64,000 nucleotides of DNA. It comes from an uncultured Pseudomonadales bacterium. GTDB lineage: Bacteria > Patescibacteriota > Microgenomatia > UBA1400 > PJMF01. The translations under genes were made by a program, and so were the position numbers. The notes under the pieces were generated by a model, which had not been told where the DNA came from, made no database searches, and worked only from the letters and a program-made list of their open reading frames with translations. This document shows positions 54,775 to 63,143 of the stretch, in pieces. Position 1 is the first letter of the stretch, and the number at the start of each line of letters is the position of its first letter. Location: assembly GCA_964533345.1 (NCBI GenBank), contig CAZHLX010000001.1, positions 1,292-65,291 on the forward strand. The letters are read 5' to 3'.

Positions 54775-54802
54775 ATTATAGGGGTGTCTTGACTAAAGTC
54801 AA
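54775..54802 (-). promoter_or_regulatory. Sigma-70-like promoter for ORF 54402-54692
   Basis: On the minus strand: TTGACT (54802-54797), 16 nt, TATAAT (54780-54775). The -35 lies inside the palindrome tcttgactaaagtcaaga. Confidence 0.5.
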
Positions 54803-54822
54803 GATATTTATATCCTATAATA

Positions 54823-54851
54823 TTGACTATTTTGTTATACTTTGTTATAAT
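54823..54851 (+). promoter_or_regulatory. Consensus sigma-70 promoter for ORF 54920-55168
   Basis: TTGACT (54823-54828), exactly 17 nt, TATAAT (54846-54851), preceded by TGt (extended -10). Confidence 0.55.
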
Positions 54852-54919
54852 TAATGCAATTGTTTCTCGAGACAGAGGATTGCCCTCTGTCGCAATATTC
54901 ACATTTGAAGGAGTCTGTT

Positions 54920-55168
54920 ATGCGTAGGATCGGAAGATGGTTTGGTCGTTTGTTTCGAAGGGGTTGGGAATGGATTGAAAGAATTGTGGAGAATTTTGGG
55001 GAACATAAATTCTGGATTGGCGTTGTGATTGGGGCTTTAGTTTTCCCAATCATCCGCGGCATTATTCGTTTGATTTTTGCCGTGCCGGGGTGGTTTCTCA
55101 CCCTGTGCCCATTCAGCATTATTTTGGTCACAGCGGTTGCTGTGGTCGCCTGGCGCTCTCGGCGCTAG
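54920..55168 (+). CDS. Small Arg-rich membrane protein (82 aa)
   Basis: The start is set at ATG 54920, behind the SD gaaggag. The sequence MRRIGRWFGRLFRRGWEW... is followed by two hydrophobic helices. Confidence 0.45.
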   Translation: MRRIGRWFGRLFRRGWEWIERIVENFGEHKFWIGVVIGALVFPIIRGIIRLIFAVPGWFLTLCPFSIILVTAVAVVAWRSRR

Positions 55169-55263
55169 GCAACAGGGAGTGGGTGCGCCTTGTATAAATA
55201 ATAGACACCCGCTTTTTTGTTATTGTTATAATTTATGTAATAAAAATATTAAGGAGAATTAAT

Positions 55264-55494
55264 ATGGCTGAATTTGATACACCAGTAGAAGTACCAAAAC
55301 GTCGTCCTACAGATGCAGAGATTGAAGAGGCGATTAAGGATCATGCGGAGGTAGAATTTGGTTCTAGGCCTGAGAGTGTGAGAAAAGATTTATGGATTGA
55401 AAGTCCAATTGCCACTGAAGAGAAGAGTGTCGTTTCTTATGCAATAGATGAGGATACTACTGGTAGCTTCGAGATGGATTGGTTTGATAACTAG
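55264..55494 (+). CDS. Hypothetical acidic protein (76 aa)
   Basis: A strong SD aaggag lies 7 nt upstream. An extended -10 TGtTATAAT sits at 55224-55232. Confidence 0.45.
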   Translation: MAEFDTPVEVPKRRPTDAEIEEAIKDHAEVEFGSRPESVRKDLWIESPIATEEKSVVSYAIDEDTTGSFEMDWFDN

Positions 55495-56081
55495 AAGAGG
55501 CCTTCTTTAGTTATCTCTGTTATGTCTTTTCGTTGATTAGGTTTTTCTTGTTTGTGCATTCGTTGATGGATATCTTCTAGTGTCCCTGGATGTCCTAAGG
55601 CGATCATTGCAATGATCTTGTGGGTCTTGGGAATATTTAGTTTTTTTGTGGCTTGTTGTTTATTAAAGCCTCCTATTCCATGGGTGATTAATCCTTGATA
55701 AGTAGCTTCTAGGGCTAGGTTCTGCCAGGCCGCACCAGTATCAAACTCTGCAGTGTTTGATTTTTGTCCATCTTTTTCTATTTGCGCTACTATTGCCACT
55801 AATACTCCTGCGTTTTTTGCCCACATTTGGTTGAATTCATTTAATAATCTAAAGTAAGTTGTCCAATGCTTACTTTCACGGTGTGCATAGAGGAATGTCC
55901 ATGGTTGAAGATTGCTTGATGATGGGGCCCAGCGTGCAGCCTCAAAGAGGCTCATGAGTTGATCTTGTTTAATGCTTTCCCCATTCATGGCTCGAGGTGA
56001 CCAGCGGCTGTAGAGGAGAGGGTGGATGGGGTATTTGGGGTGGCGGTTTTGTTTAACAATAGTTGGGATGGTAAATGTCAT
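55491..56081 (-). CDS. Nitroreductase-family flavoprotein
   Basis: RWAPSSSNLQPW and the overall 196-aa layout are typical of the NAD(P)H nitroreductase fold. Confidence 0.8.
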   Translation of the reverse strand: MTFTIPTIVKQNRHPKYPIHPLLYSRWSPRAMNGESIKQDQLMSLFEAARWAPSSSNLQPWTFLYAHRESKHWTTYFRLLNEFNQMWAKNAGVLVAIVAQIEKDGQKSNTAEFDTGAAWQNLALEATYQGLITHGIGGFNKQQATKKLNIPKTHKIIAMIALGHPGTLEDIHQRMHKQEKPNQRKDITEITKEGLF

Positions 56082-56131
56082 AGTATTTAGATACTACTAC
56101 ATTGTGTAGTTGTTGAGTAGAGGTGGGGAGA

Positions 56132-56165
56132 AAAAAAAGTCCCTCTGTATTGCCCCACAGAGGGT
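56132..56165 (-). terminator. Rho-independent terminator after the 59-aa ORF
   Basis: Minus strand: CCCTCTGTggggcaatACAGAGGGacTTTTTTTT (stem at 56142-56149 / 56158-56165, T-run at 56132-56139). Confidence 0.6.
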
Positions 56166-56193
56166 GAAGGGGTTTGTGATGTAAATGATCTTT

Positions 56194-56373
56194 TAGATTC
56201 CGTCTTCAACACCTTGCTCGATGTTGGTAACGATATCATCGCCTTCTTGGGAACCAAAGTCTTCCTTCTTTATTATGTTCCCAGTTTGGACCGGAAAGCC
56301 AAAGAACTCTGCTACGCTGACTTCTTCTGTTGTTTCCAGTTGGACGTTCTCATCACCGTTCACATATGCCATA
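56194..56373 (-). CDS. Small acidic protein (59 aa, below the ORF-track cutoff)
   Basis: Hand translation gives MAYVNGDENVQLETTEEVSVAEFFGFPVQTGNIIKKEDFGSQEGDDIVTNIEQGVEDGI. The SD gaaaggag lies 7 nt upstream. It has its own promoter, a ~200-nt leader and a terminator. Confidence 0.5.
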
Positions 56374-56575
56374 AAAAGCTCCTTTCTCTAAAAAGAGAAT
56401 CCATTCAACCCTGGCAAATTGAGATACACCCACGCGTTCAACTTAATCGCAATGATCAAGCAATCAAGCGAGTATCTCTGAGATTGAATTTACAATGATT
56501 GGTTGTGGGGTTAGCAATCACCATATTAGTAGTGACTCCTAGCCCCACAACTTCTGTGAAAGAGCGAGGGATATA

Positions 56576-56604
56576 TTATATATTGTCCTATAACATTTAA
56601 CAAG
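56576..56604 (-). promoter_or_regulatory. Sigma-70-like promoter for the leader plus 59-aa ORF
   Basis: On the minus strand: TTGTTA (56604-56599), 17 nt, TATAAT (56581-56576). Confidence 0.45.
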
Positions 56605-56622
56605 TTTGGATCTATTTGAAGC

Positions 56623-56814
56623 TTAAATGTGATCTTGTCTATATTTAGCAGTGTCTAGTTCTTGTAGGGCCAAGTTTGCATAGAGGTTAGTGGTAAATTC
56701 AAGTTCAGTTCCATGATCTTTTATCAAGTTAATTAACTCCATAGTTCTAATTAATGTTCGTTCTCTTTTTGTATCAAGCTTAAGGGTATTCGAACCTTCT
56801 TCAATATGTGCCAT
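56623..56814 (-). CDS. Hypothetical protein (63 aa)
   Basis: An ORF only. No clear SD and no family motif. Confidence 0.3.
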   Translation of the reverse strand: MAHIEEGSNTLKLDTKRERTLIRTMELINLIKDHGTELEFTTNLYANLALQELDTAKYRQDHI

Positions 56815-56905
56815 GAGTAATTTTTTCTAGTTGGGGTAGTACTAAAAAATAAATTATATAGTTTGATATATATATGAACAAGGGGAGAGGGAGGGGATTA
56901 AAAAT

Positions 56906-57433
56906 TTATGTTCTATGAATCGGAATCTTGATGGTAAAAGTAGTTCCTTTTGAGACCTTACTTTCAACAGATATTTTTCCTTTAAAATCATCCTCAATAA
57001 TGCTTTTAACAATTGATAATCCTAGTCCTATTCCTACCTGGGGATTCTTAGTTGTGTACATTGGTTCAAAAATCTTTTTCTTGATTTTGTTAGATATCCC
57101 TATTCCAAAATCTTTAATAGATAACATTAGGTTCTTACTTGTCTTTTCAAGACTGATAATTATTTCTTTATTTTCATTTTTTTGTGGAAAGTTGTAAGAG
57201 TCAATTGAGTTAGAAATTAAATTTATTATTACTTGTAGTAATTTGTTTTTGGATCCAAAGATTGTAAATCTATGTAGTTTTTTTATTTTAATTTTTATTC
57301 CTCTTTTTTTTGCTTTTGGACTCATTATCTGTATGGCAGACTTTATTTGTTTTCCTGGATAAAATGTACTAACACAATCTTGTTTGCTGATATGTTGTTG
57401 AGCAGAGTTTATAAATTCACCGATATACTTCAT
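56906..57433 (-). CDS. Histidine kinase C-terminal fragment (HATPase_c catalytic domain)
   Basis: N-box LLQVIINLISNSIDS, G1 IKDFGIGI, G2 GIGLGLSIVKSII, TTFTIKIP. It is out of frame (+1) with the upstream fragment. Confidence 0.75.
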   Translation of the reverse strand: MKYIGEFINSAQQHISKQDCVSTFYPGKQIKSAIQIMSPKAKKRGIKIKIKKLHRFTIFGSKNKLLQVIINLISNSIDSYNFPQKNENKEIIISLEKTSKNLMLSIKDFGIGISNKIKKKIFEPMYTTKNPQVGIGLGLSIVKSIIEDDFKGKISVESKVSKGTTFTIKIPIHRT

Positions 57434-57437
57434 ATTT

Positions 57438-58238
57438 CTAAAAAATTAAATCAATCTTTTTTAATTCTGACTTAGGCAAATATTCACTTGCATATAATTC
57501 TTCTAAGTTTATTGAAGCACTAGTTAGTGGGTTTTTTATATCATGAAAAACTTCAGCTGCAGATTTTCCAATCTCAGCAAGTTGTTGCCAATGCAACATC
57601 TTTTCTGCTTGGGCTAGTTTAATTTGTTTTGTCTTAATTAATAATTCTTGCTTGAGTTTTTTTTCAGAGTTTTTTATTTTCTCTAAAGAGCCTTTAATTT
57701 CTATGTTATATAGCCAATTTACCAGTTGTATTACTATTAATGTTGAGGATGCAATGATTGCATTAAATACATCATTGTCTGAATTGGGTCTTTCTATAAA
57801 ATCTATATGCTTTTGATTTTGTAGGTATGTTACAGATATTAAGAACAAGCTCGTAATAAGAGTCGTTATAAATGAAGCTTTGCTATTTATTAGAATCCCT
57901 GAAAGAGTAATTACTAAAATAAAAATAATGACTGACTGATAAAAGAGAGCTCCCCATATTAAAGACGCATACGCTGCAGGCAACCATAATAATATCAAGA
58001 AAAACAATATCGCTATTTGTTTGTTGTTTTCATAAATATTCTTAAGGTTAAATATGCCTATCCAAATAACTAATAAGATTAATGGGGAAGAACCCTCAAA
58101 AACTTGTTTCTGATGAATACTTATGAACAAGTAGTTAAATAGATTAAAAAGAAAAGATACTCCTACTAAGAACAACCCTCCTCTTAAGAGAGTATTAAAA
58201 ATATAATTTTTGTTCATTATGTTTTTTGTAGTATCCAT
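57438..58238 (-). CDS. Histidine kinase N-terminal fragment (multi-TM sensor plus HisKA H-box)
   Basis: About 6 TM helices, a coiled linker, and the H-box SAAEVFHDIKNPLTS. It ends at a TAG immediately after a T6 run. Confidence 0.75.
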   Translation of the reverse strand: MDTTKNIMNKNYIFNTLLRGGLFLVGVSFLFNLFNYLFISIHQKQVFEGSSPLILLVIWIGIFNLKNIYENNKQIAILFFLILLWLPAAYASLIWGALFYQSVIIFILVITLSGILINSKASFITTLITSLFLISVTYLQNQKHIDFIERPNSDNDVFNAIIASSTLIVIQLVNWLYNIEIKGSLEKIKNSEKKLKQELLIKTKQIKLAQAEKMLHWQQLAEIGKSAAEVFHDIKNPLTSASINLEELYASEYLPKSELKKIDLIF

Positions 58239-58239
58239 T

Positions 58240-58890
58240 TCATACTTTGTATCCCAGTCCGTGGACAGTTTTTATTATGTCTTTTTTATTTAATTTTTTT
58301 CTTATATTAAATATATGAACAGCAATAATATTGCTTTCAAAGAACCTTTCTCCTTCCCAAAGGTGTTCGAAGAGTTCTAGTCTGGATATGGGTTTACCAT
58401 GATTATGAATAAGATATCTTAATAACATATATTCTTTTTTAGATAAACCTATTTTCTTTCCATGGAAAGATACTTCTTTAGTATTTAAATCTATAGATAG
58501 GCCATTGATATCAAGAGTGTTTTTTTTGACTTTTTTATTTCTTCTTATTAGAGATCTTACTCTGGCAGTTAGCTCTCTAATGCTAAATGGTTTTATTAAA
58601 TAATCATCAGCCCCATTGTTTAATAAGCTCACAATGCTTTCTGTTGAGCTTTCTCCTGTTAAGACTAAAATTGGGGTTTGAACCTCTTCTTTTCTTAATT
58701 TTTTACAAATATCTTCCCCTCCCATATCAGGAAGATTTAGATCCAATATGATTAGATCATAATTGCTTATTAATGCTTTTTTCACTCCATTTATCCCATT
58801 TGTCGAAGTATCAACTGCATATGTTAATGATAAGAAGTTCTTTAAAGCATCTATAGTTTGGTAATCATCTTCAATAATTAAAATTTTCAT
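58240..58890 (-). CDS. OmpR/PhoB-family response regulator
   Basis: MKILIIEDD..., DLIILDLNLPDMGG, ILVLTG, DDYLIKPF, and a winged-helix C-terminus (..LSKKEYMLLRYLI..., VHGLGYKV). Confidence 0.85.
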   Translation of the reverse strand: MKILIIEDDYQTIDALKNFLSLTYAVDTSTNGINGVKKALISNYDLIILDLNLPDMGGEDICKKLRKEEVQTPILVLTGESSTESIVSLLNNGADDYLIKPFSIRELTARVRSLIRRNKKVKKNTLDINGLSIDLNTKEVSFHGKKIGLSKKEYMLLRYLIHNHGKPISRLELFEHLWEGERFFESNIIAVHIFNIRKKLNKKDIIKTVHGLGYKV

Positions 58891-58973
58891 AAAAATCATA
58901 TAAGTATATCAGTAACTTATTAATAAAAAATTAATTCAAAAATGGTTTCTTAGTTTCCGCTATACTATCCTTA

Positions 58974-60359
58974 ATGCCCAAAAAATCTTCCTCAAATCTT
59001 CCCACCCCACCCAATATGTTTAGCACTCTTGGTCCTTCATTCATCCTTCTAGGATTAGCTTTGGGAAGTGGAGAATTAATAATGTGGCCTTATCTAGCCG
59101 CAAATTATGGTTTAGGCATTTTATGGGGTGGTCTATTAGGAATCACCTTCCAGTTTGTCCTTAACACTGAAACCATGCGCTATACATTAGCCTGGGGAGA
59201 AAGTGTCTTTGTTGGTTTTCGCAAGCTTAGTGTCTTGATTCCACTGTGGTACATCATCTCAACTTTTATTCCTTGGTCATTACCAGGATTTTCCTCAGCT
59301 TCCTCTCAAATTTTATCTAACTATCTTCATTTTCCCAATTCAGAAGTAGTTATTGCTGTGGGGCTATTGTTGTTGACTGGGATTATTTTGTCTGCGGGTA
59401 AGTTTTTATACAACACCATGGAATTCCTACAGCGAGGGGTAATCATGATTGGCTTGCCTTTTACTATCATCTTGGCAGCAATTCTAACCAATCGCACTGA
59501 TTGGATTGAAGCAGCTTGGGGATTAATAGGTAGAGGAGATGGTTGGTTATTCTTTCCGCAAGGGATTGCAATTGCCAGTTTTCTAGGTGCCTTTGCTTAT
59601 TCAGGAGCTGGAGGAAACTTGAATTTAGCTCAGTCCTATTACATCAAGGAAAAAGGTTGGGGGATGGGTAAGTTTGCTAGTAAAATCAGCTCCCTTTTCT
59701 CCAAAGATGCTAAAGCTACTAAGATTGAAGGCAGAATCTTTAAAGATACTCCAGCTAACCGTCGTAAGTGGCAGGGATGGTGGAAACTAATTAATTTTGA
59801 GCATGCAATTGTTTTCTATCTGCTTGGATTTGTGACAATTGTAGTTATGGCTGTTCTAGCCAAGACTTTAGTTTTTGGACAGGGAGTAAATAGCGGCCTA
59901 GATTTTCTCTATGCAGAAGCAGCAGCTATTTCGACACGGACTATGCCCCTTGTTGGTACTTTCTTCTTGCTAGTTGCATCACTGATGTTATTTTCTACCC
60001 AAATGGGAGTTTTGGAGTCTTCTTCACGGATTATCTCGGAAAACATCCTACTTTTATTTTACAAAAAGGGCAAGAGATTTAACTTGAGCATTGGGTTTTA
60101 TTTAGCTCTTTGGGCACAAATATTACTCGGCATCTTCATCTATCTTTCGGGTTTTCGAGAACCCCGTTTCTTATTAACTTTGGGTGCAGTTTTGAATGCC
60201 GCTGCGATGATGGTCTCCTTCCCATTATTGTTCTGGCTGAATAAAAAGAAACTCCCCAAAGCATATCAGCCCGGATTAGTGCGCAAGCTAATTATGTTAG
60301 CTGCATTTATTTTTTTTGTGGGATTTGTAGTTATCACATTACAAGATTTTAGGATTTAG
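58974..60359 (+). CDS. Polytopic transporter, NRAMP-superfamily-like
   Basis: About 11-12 TM helices. The N-terminal LGPSFILLGLALGSGELIMWPYLAANYGLGILW is collinear with NRAMP TM1-2, but the canonical DPGN motif is absent. Confidence 0.4.
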   Translation: MPKKSSSNLPTPPNMFSTLGPSFILLGLALGSGELIMWPYLAANYGLGILWGGLLGITFQFVLNTETMRYTLAWGESVFVGFRKLSVLIPLWYIISTFIPWSLPGFSSASSQILSNYLHFPNSEVVIAVGLLLLTGIILSAGKFLYNTMEFLQRGVIMIGLPFTIILAAILTNRTDWIEAAWGLIGRGDGWLFFPQGIAIASFLGAFAYSGAGGNLNLAQSYYIKEKGWGMGKFASKISSLFSKDAKATKIEGRIFKDTPANRRKWQGWWKLINFEHAIVFYLLGFVTIVVMAVLAKTLVFGQGVNSGLDFLYAEAAAISTRTMPLVGTFFLLVASLMLFSTQMGVLESSSRIISENILLLFYKKGKRFNLSIGFYLALWAQILLGIFIYLSGFREPRFLLTLGAVLNAAAMMVSFPLLFWLNKKKLPKAYQPGLVRKLIMLAAFIFFVGFVVITLQDFRI

Positions 60360-60382
60360 AGAAACTCTGTCATAATGAGTCC

Positions 60383-61897
60383 ATGCGCAAACACTTAAGC
60401 TTAGAGTGGATAGGTATTTTTTTTCTAAGTTTGCTAGTTTTTCTTTTTGGTCTTAATAAGATCAACTTAATTACCGCTGATATTGGTCGACATCTAATTA
60501 ACGGCAAACTTTTTATTGATCAACAGACCCTGGTATCGAGCAATCACTATTCATACACCATGCAGGATGAGTTAGTTACTAACCATCATTGGCTTTCAGG
60601 AGTGATCTTTTACTGGGTCTGGCAATTGGCTGGTTTTAATGGGCTATCAATATTTTATGCACTATTATTAGCAATCTCTTTTGTGTTTTTTATATTAATT
60701 GGGAGACGTCACTCCAGCTGGTGGCCATTGGCTCTTAGCTCTGTAATCATCATTCCATTGATAGGTTTACGAGCAGAAGTTAGGCCTGAGATATTTAGCG
60801 TCTTGTTTTTAGGCCTAGAAACATGGTTATTACTAACAATAACGGCAGAAAGACAACTTCGTAGCAGATGGTGGTTCGTTTTTGGCTTGATCCAAATTCT
60901 GTGGGTAAACTTGCACTTATTTTTCTTCTTGAGTTGGGGATTAGTAGGAGCGATGCTCTTGCAACAGCTAATTCAAAGAAATAATCAAGCTAGTAAGTTC
61001 ATGGGCATCTTATTATTGGTGGTAATAGTAACCAGTTTTATTAGCCCTTTCACTTATAGAGGAGTGATTGAACCCTTCTTTATCCTCCAAGATTTTGGAT
61101 ATCGGTTGGCAGAAAATCAAAGCTTAGTTTTTATGATCCAACGCTTTGGAACTTTGCGTTACTGGCATGGCTTATCGATAGCTAGCTTGGGCCTAGTCGG
61201 TGGAGGATACTGGCTGTGGAAATATAGGGCTAAAAGATTTTTTGAGGGAATACTACTCATCTCTTTTGCATTTTTTGGATTAGTGATGAATAGATTTATC
61301 TCAATGTTAGGTTTAGTTGCTATTGGATTTATTCCTTGGATTTTAACTGAGCTAGTTAAAAAGAAAGAAGTGTTGGAAAAAAGCTTGTTTTCATTTCTAT
61401 CCGTTTTCTTATTGTTAATCTTTATAAGCGTCAAGAATTATCTCTCACCAGTTGAGGCTAACTTCGGAACAGGGTTAAGAGAGGGAATGGAGGACTCAGC
61501 ATTATTCTTTAAACAACATGATTTGAGAGGGCCGATCTTTAATAACTACGATATTGGTGGTTATTTAATTTTTGAATTCTTTCCTACACAAAGAGTTTTT
61601 GTAGATAACCGCCCTGAAGCTTACTCACCCCAGTTCTTTGATCAATATATCGCTGCCCAAGAAGATGAGATAGCCTGGAATGAGCTTGATGCTCAGCATA
61701 ATTTTCAAACGATCTTTTTCTATCGTCATGATTTTACTCCTTGGGCACAGCCATTTCTGATTGAGAGACTTGAAGATGAATCATGGGTGCCAGTTTATGT
61801 TGATGACTATGTGCTAATCTTAGTGAAAGAAAATCAATCTAACCAAGAGATTATAGATCAATTTGAGTTACCACTAGAGATATTTTCAATTAGCTAA
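60383..61897 (+). CDS. Large polytopic membrane protein with a C-terminal soluble domain (GT-C-like architecture)
   Basis: About 11 TM helices, then a ~140-aa soluble C-terminus. No diagnostic motif was recognised. Confidence 0.35.
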   Translation: MRKHLSLEWIGIFFLSLLVFLFGLNKINLITADIGRHLINGKLFIDQQTLVSSNHYSYTMQDELVTNHHWLSGVIFYWVWQLAGFNGLSIFYALLLAISFVFFILIGRRHSSWWPLALSSVIIIPLIGLRAEVRPEIFSVLFLGLETWLLLTITAERQLRSRWWFVFGLIQILWVNLHLFFFLSWGLVGAMLLQQLIQRNNQASKFMGILLLVVIVTSFISPFTYRGVIEPFFILQDFGYRLAENQSLVFMIQRFGTLRYWHGLSIASLGLVGGGYWLWKYRAKRFFEGILLISFAFFGLVMNRFISMLGLVAIGFIPWILTELVKKKEVLEKSLFSFLSVFLLLIFISVKNYLSPVEANFGTGLREGMEDSALFFKQHDLRGPIFNNYDIGGYLIFEFFPTQRVFVDNRPEAYSPQFFDQYIAAQEDEIAWNELDAQHNFQTIFFYRHDFTPWAQPFLIERLEDESWVPVYVDDYVLILVKENQSNQEIIDQFELPLEIFSIS

Positions 61898-62481
61898 AAA
61901 CTTGAGCCATGGCCAGCGTAGTGCTGCCTTGATCCTGGGAGATCTCTAATTTTCTGTAGAGACTTATGCATCTTACGAGGACTAGAGTAGCTGAGATCAG
62001 TACGACCGATTATTCCATCTCGAAAAAGAGTGTCACCAGTAAACATGACCTGATCATTGTATAGACAGATGCTTCCTGGAGTATGCCCAGGGGTATGAAG
62101 CACAGTCAGGGTCTCATCACCAAACTTAACTTCATCACCTTCATCAACAAACTTGTCTGGCTTTGGAGCAGGATCAACCCCCATTCTCAACCAATGTTGA
62201 GCTCTTTTTTGAAGACTCTTGACCAAGAATTCATCTGCTTGGTGAACTATGATCGGGGCTTCAGTGAAGTTGAGTTTTGTTTCAAGTAATCCCAAGATAT
62301 GGTCGAAGTGACCATGGGTTAGGACAATTGCAACAGGCTTTAAATCTAGCTCTAAAATTTTTTCGCTAATAAAACTGCCCTCATCTGCAGGGTCAATAAT
62401 TATCGCTTCTTTGGTTTTTTCACACCAAGCTAGATAACAATTTGTATTTAACTGACCAAGTTTAAAAGTTTCAATTTGCAT
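61894..62481 (-). CDS. MBL-fold metallo-hydrolase (glyoxalase II-like)
   Basis: LTHGHFDHILG, HTPGHTPGS, and GDTLF..G.GRTD. Confidence 0.8.
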   Translation of the reverse strand: MQIETFKLGQLNTNCYLAWCEKTKEAIIIDPADEGSFISEKILELDLKPVAIVLTHGHFDHILGLLETKLNFTEAPIIVHQADEFLVKSLQKRAQHWLRMGVDPAPKPDKFVDEGDEVKFGDETLTVLHTPGHTPGSICLYNDQVMFTGDTLFRDGIIGRTDLSYSSPRKMHKSLQKIRDLPGSRQHYAGHGSSF

Positions 62482-62491
62482 GAGAAATTAC

Positions 62492-63109
62492 TTAGATCAA
62501 CATTCTTACCACGATATCAATCACTGGAGATATCAGCTGAGAGGCAGGTGAAGATCCACCCCAGGGCATAATCATGAAGAGTAGGATCCAAGTGCCATAA
62601 CGATGCATGGCTTCTTCGTAATCATAAGCAGTCTCTCTTGGTAAAAGAGCAGTCATGATCTTGCTCCCATCTAAAGGATGGACAGGAATAAGATTAAAGA
62701 CAGCCAACATCACATTGATAATTAGCAGTTGAATTAGAGAAAACTGCACCCACTCCCAGGGTAAAATATTAAAATTAATAATTAAAGATAAGACTAAGGC
62801 CATGATTAAATTTGAAACAGGACCAGCTAGAGCTATCAAAGCACTGTCCCGAATAGGATCTTTGAGGTTATATGGATCAAACTGGACTGGCTTACCCCAA
62901 CCAAACCTAGTTAGAAGAATGGCGATAGTTCCCATTGGATCTAGATGAGCTCGTGGATCAAGGGTTAATCTGTCTTGAGCTCTTGGGGTAGGATCACCCA
63001 AGTGATCTGCAGCCCAAGCATGAGCAAACTCATGAATCACAATCGAGATCAAGAGACCAGGAAAAAGAATTAGAAATATAATGGGGCTAGAAAATAAAAT
63101 ACTGAGCAT
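62492..63109 (-). CDS. M50 (site-2 protease) family membrane metalloprotease
   Basis: HEFAHAWAA (HExxH) in TM context, plus NLIPVHPLDGSKI (the NxxPxxxLDG motif). Confidence 0.8.
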   Translation of the reverse strand: MLSILFSSPIIFLILFPGLLISIVIHEFAHAWAADHLGDPTPRAQDRLTLDPRAHLDPMGTIAILLTRFGWGKPVQFDPYNLKDPIRDSALIALAGPVSNLIMALVLSLIINFNILPWEWVQFSLIQLLIINVMLAVFNLIPVHPLDGSKIMTALLPRETAYDYEEAMHRYGTWILLFMIMPWGGSSPASQLISPVIDIVVRMLI

Positions 63110-63143
63110 GAATGTACATTATATGATAAAATACTGAATCTAT

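Noticed and set aside
54835-55262. ORFs 54835-55131 (-) and 55077-55262 (+)
   Set aside because: They overlap the better-supported 54920-55168 ORF, which has a consensus promoter and SD. They have no signals of their own.
55491-56373. 59-aa acidic peptide plus downstream nitroreductase as a RiPP/TOMM-type (SagB-like dehydrogenase) cluster
   Set aside because: The peptide has no Cys/Ser/Thr-rich core. A strong terminator separates it from the nitroreductase. No cyclodehydratase/YcaO or transporter is adjacent. The nitroreductase looks like an ordinary 196-aa family member.
56214-56498. 94-aa plus-strand ORF from the ORF track
   Set aside because: It has a non-ATG start and an odd Cys/Phe/Leu-rich composition. 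It lies antisense to a 59-aa ORF that has an SD, promoter and terminator, so the minus-strand reading is preferred.
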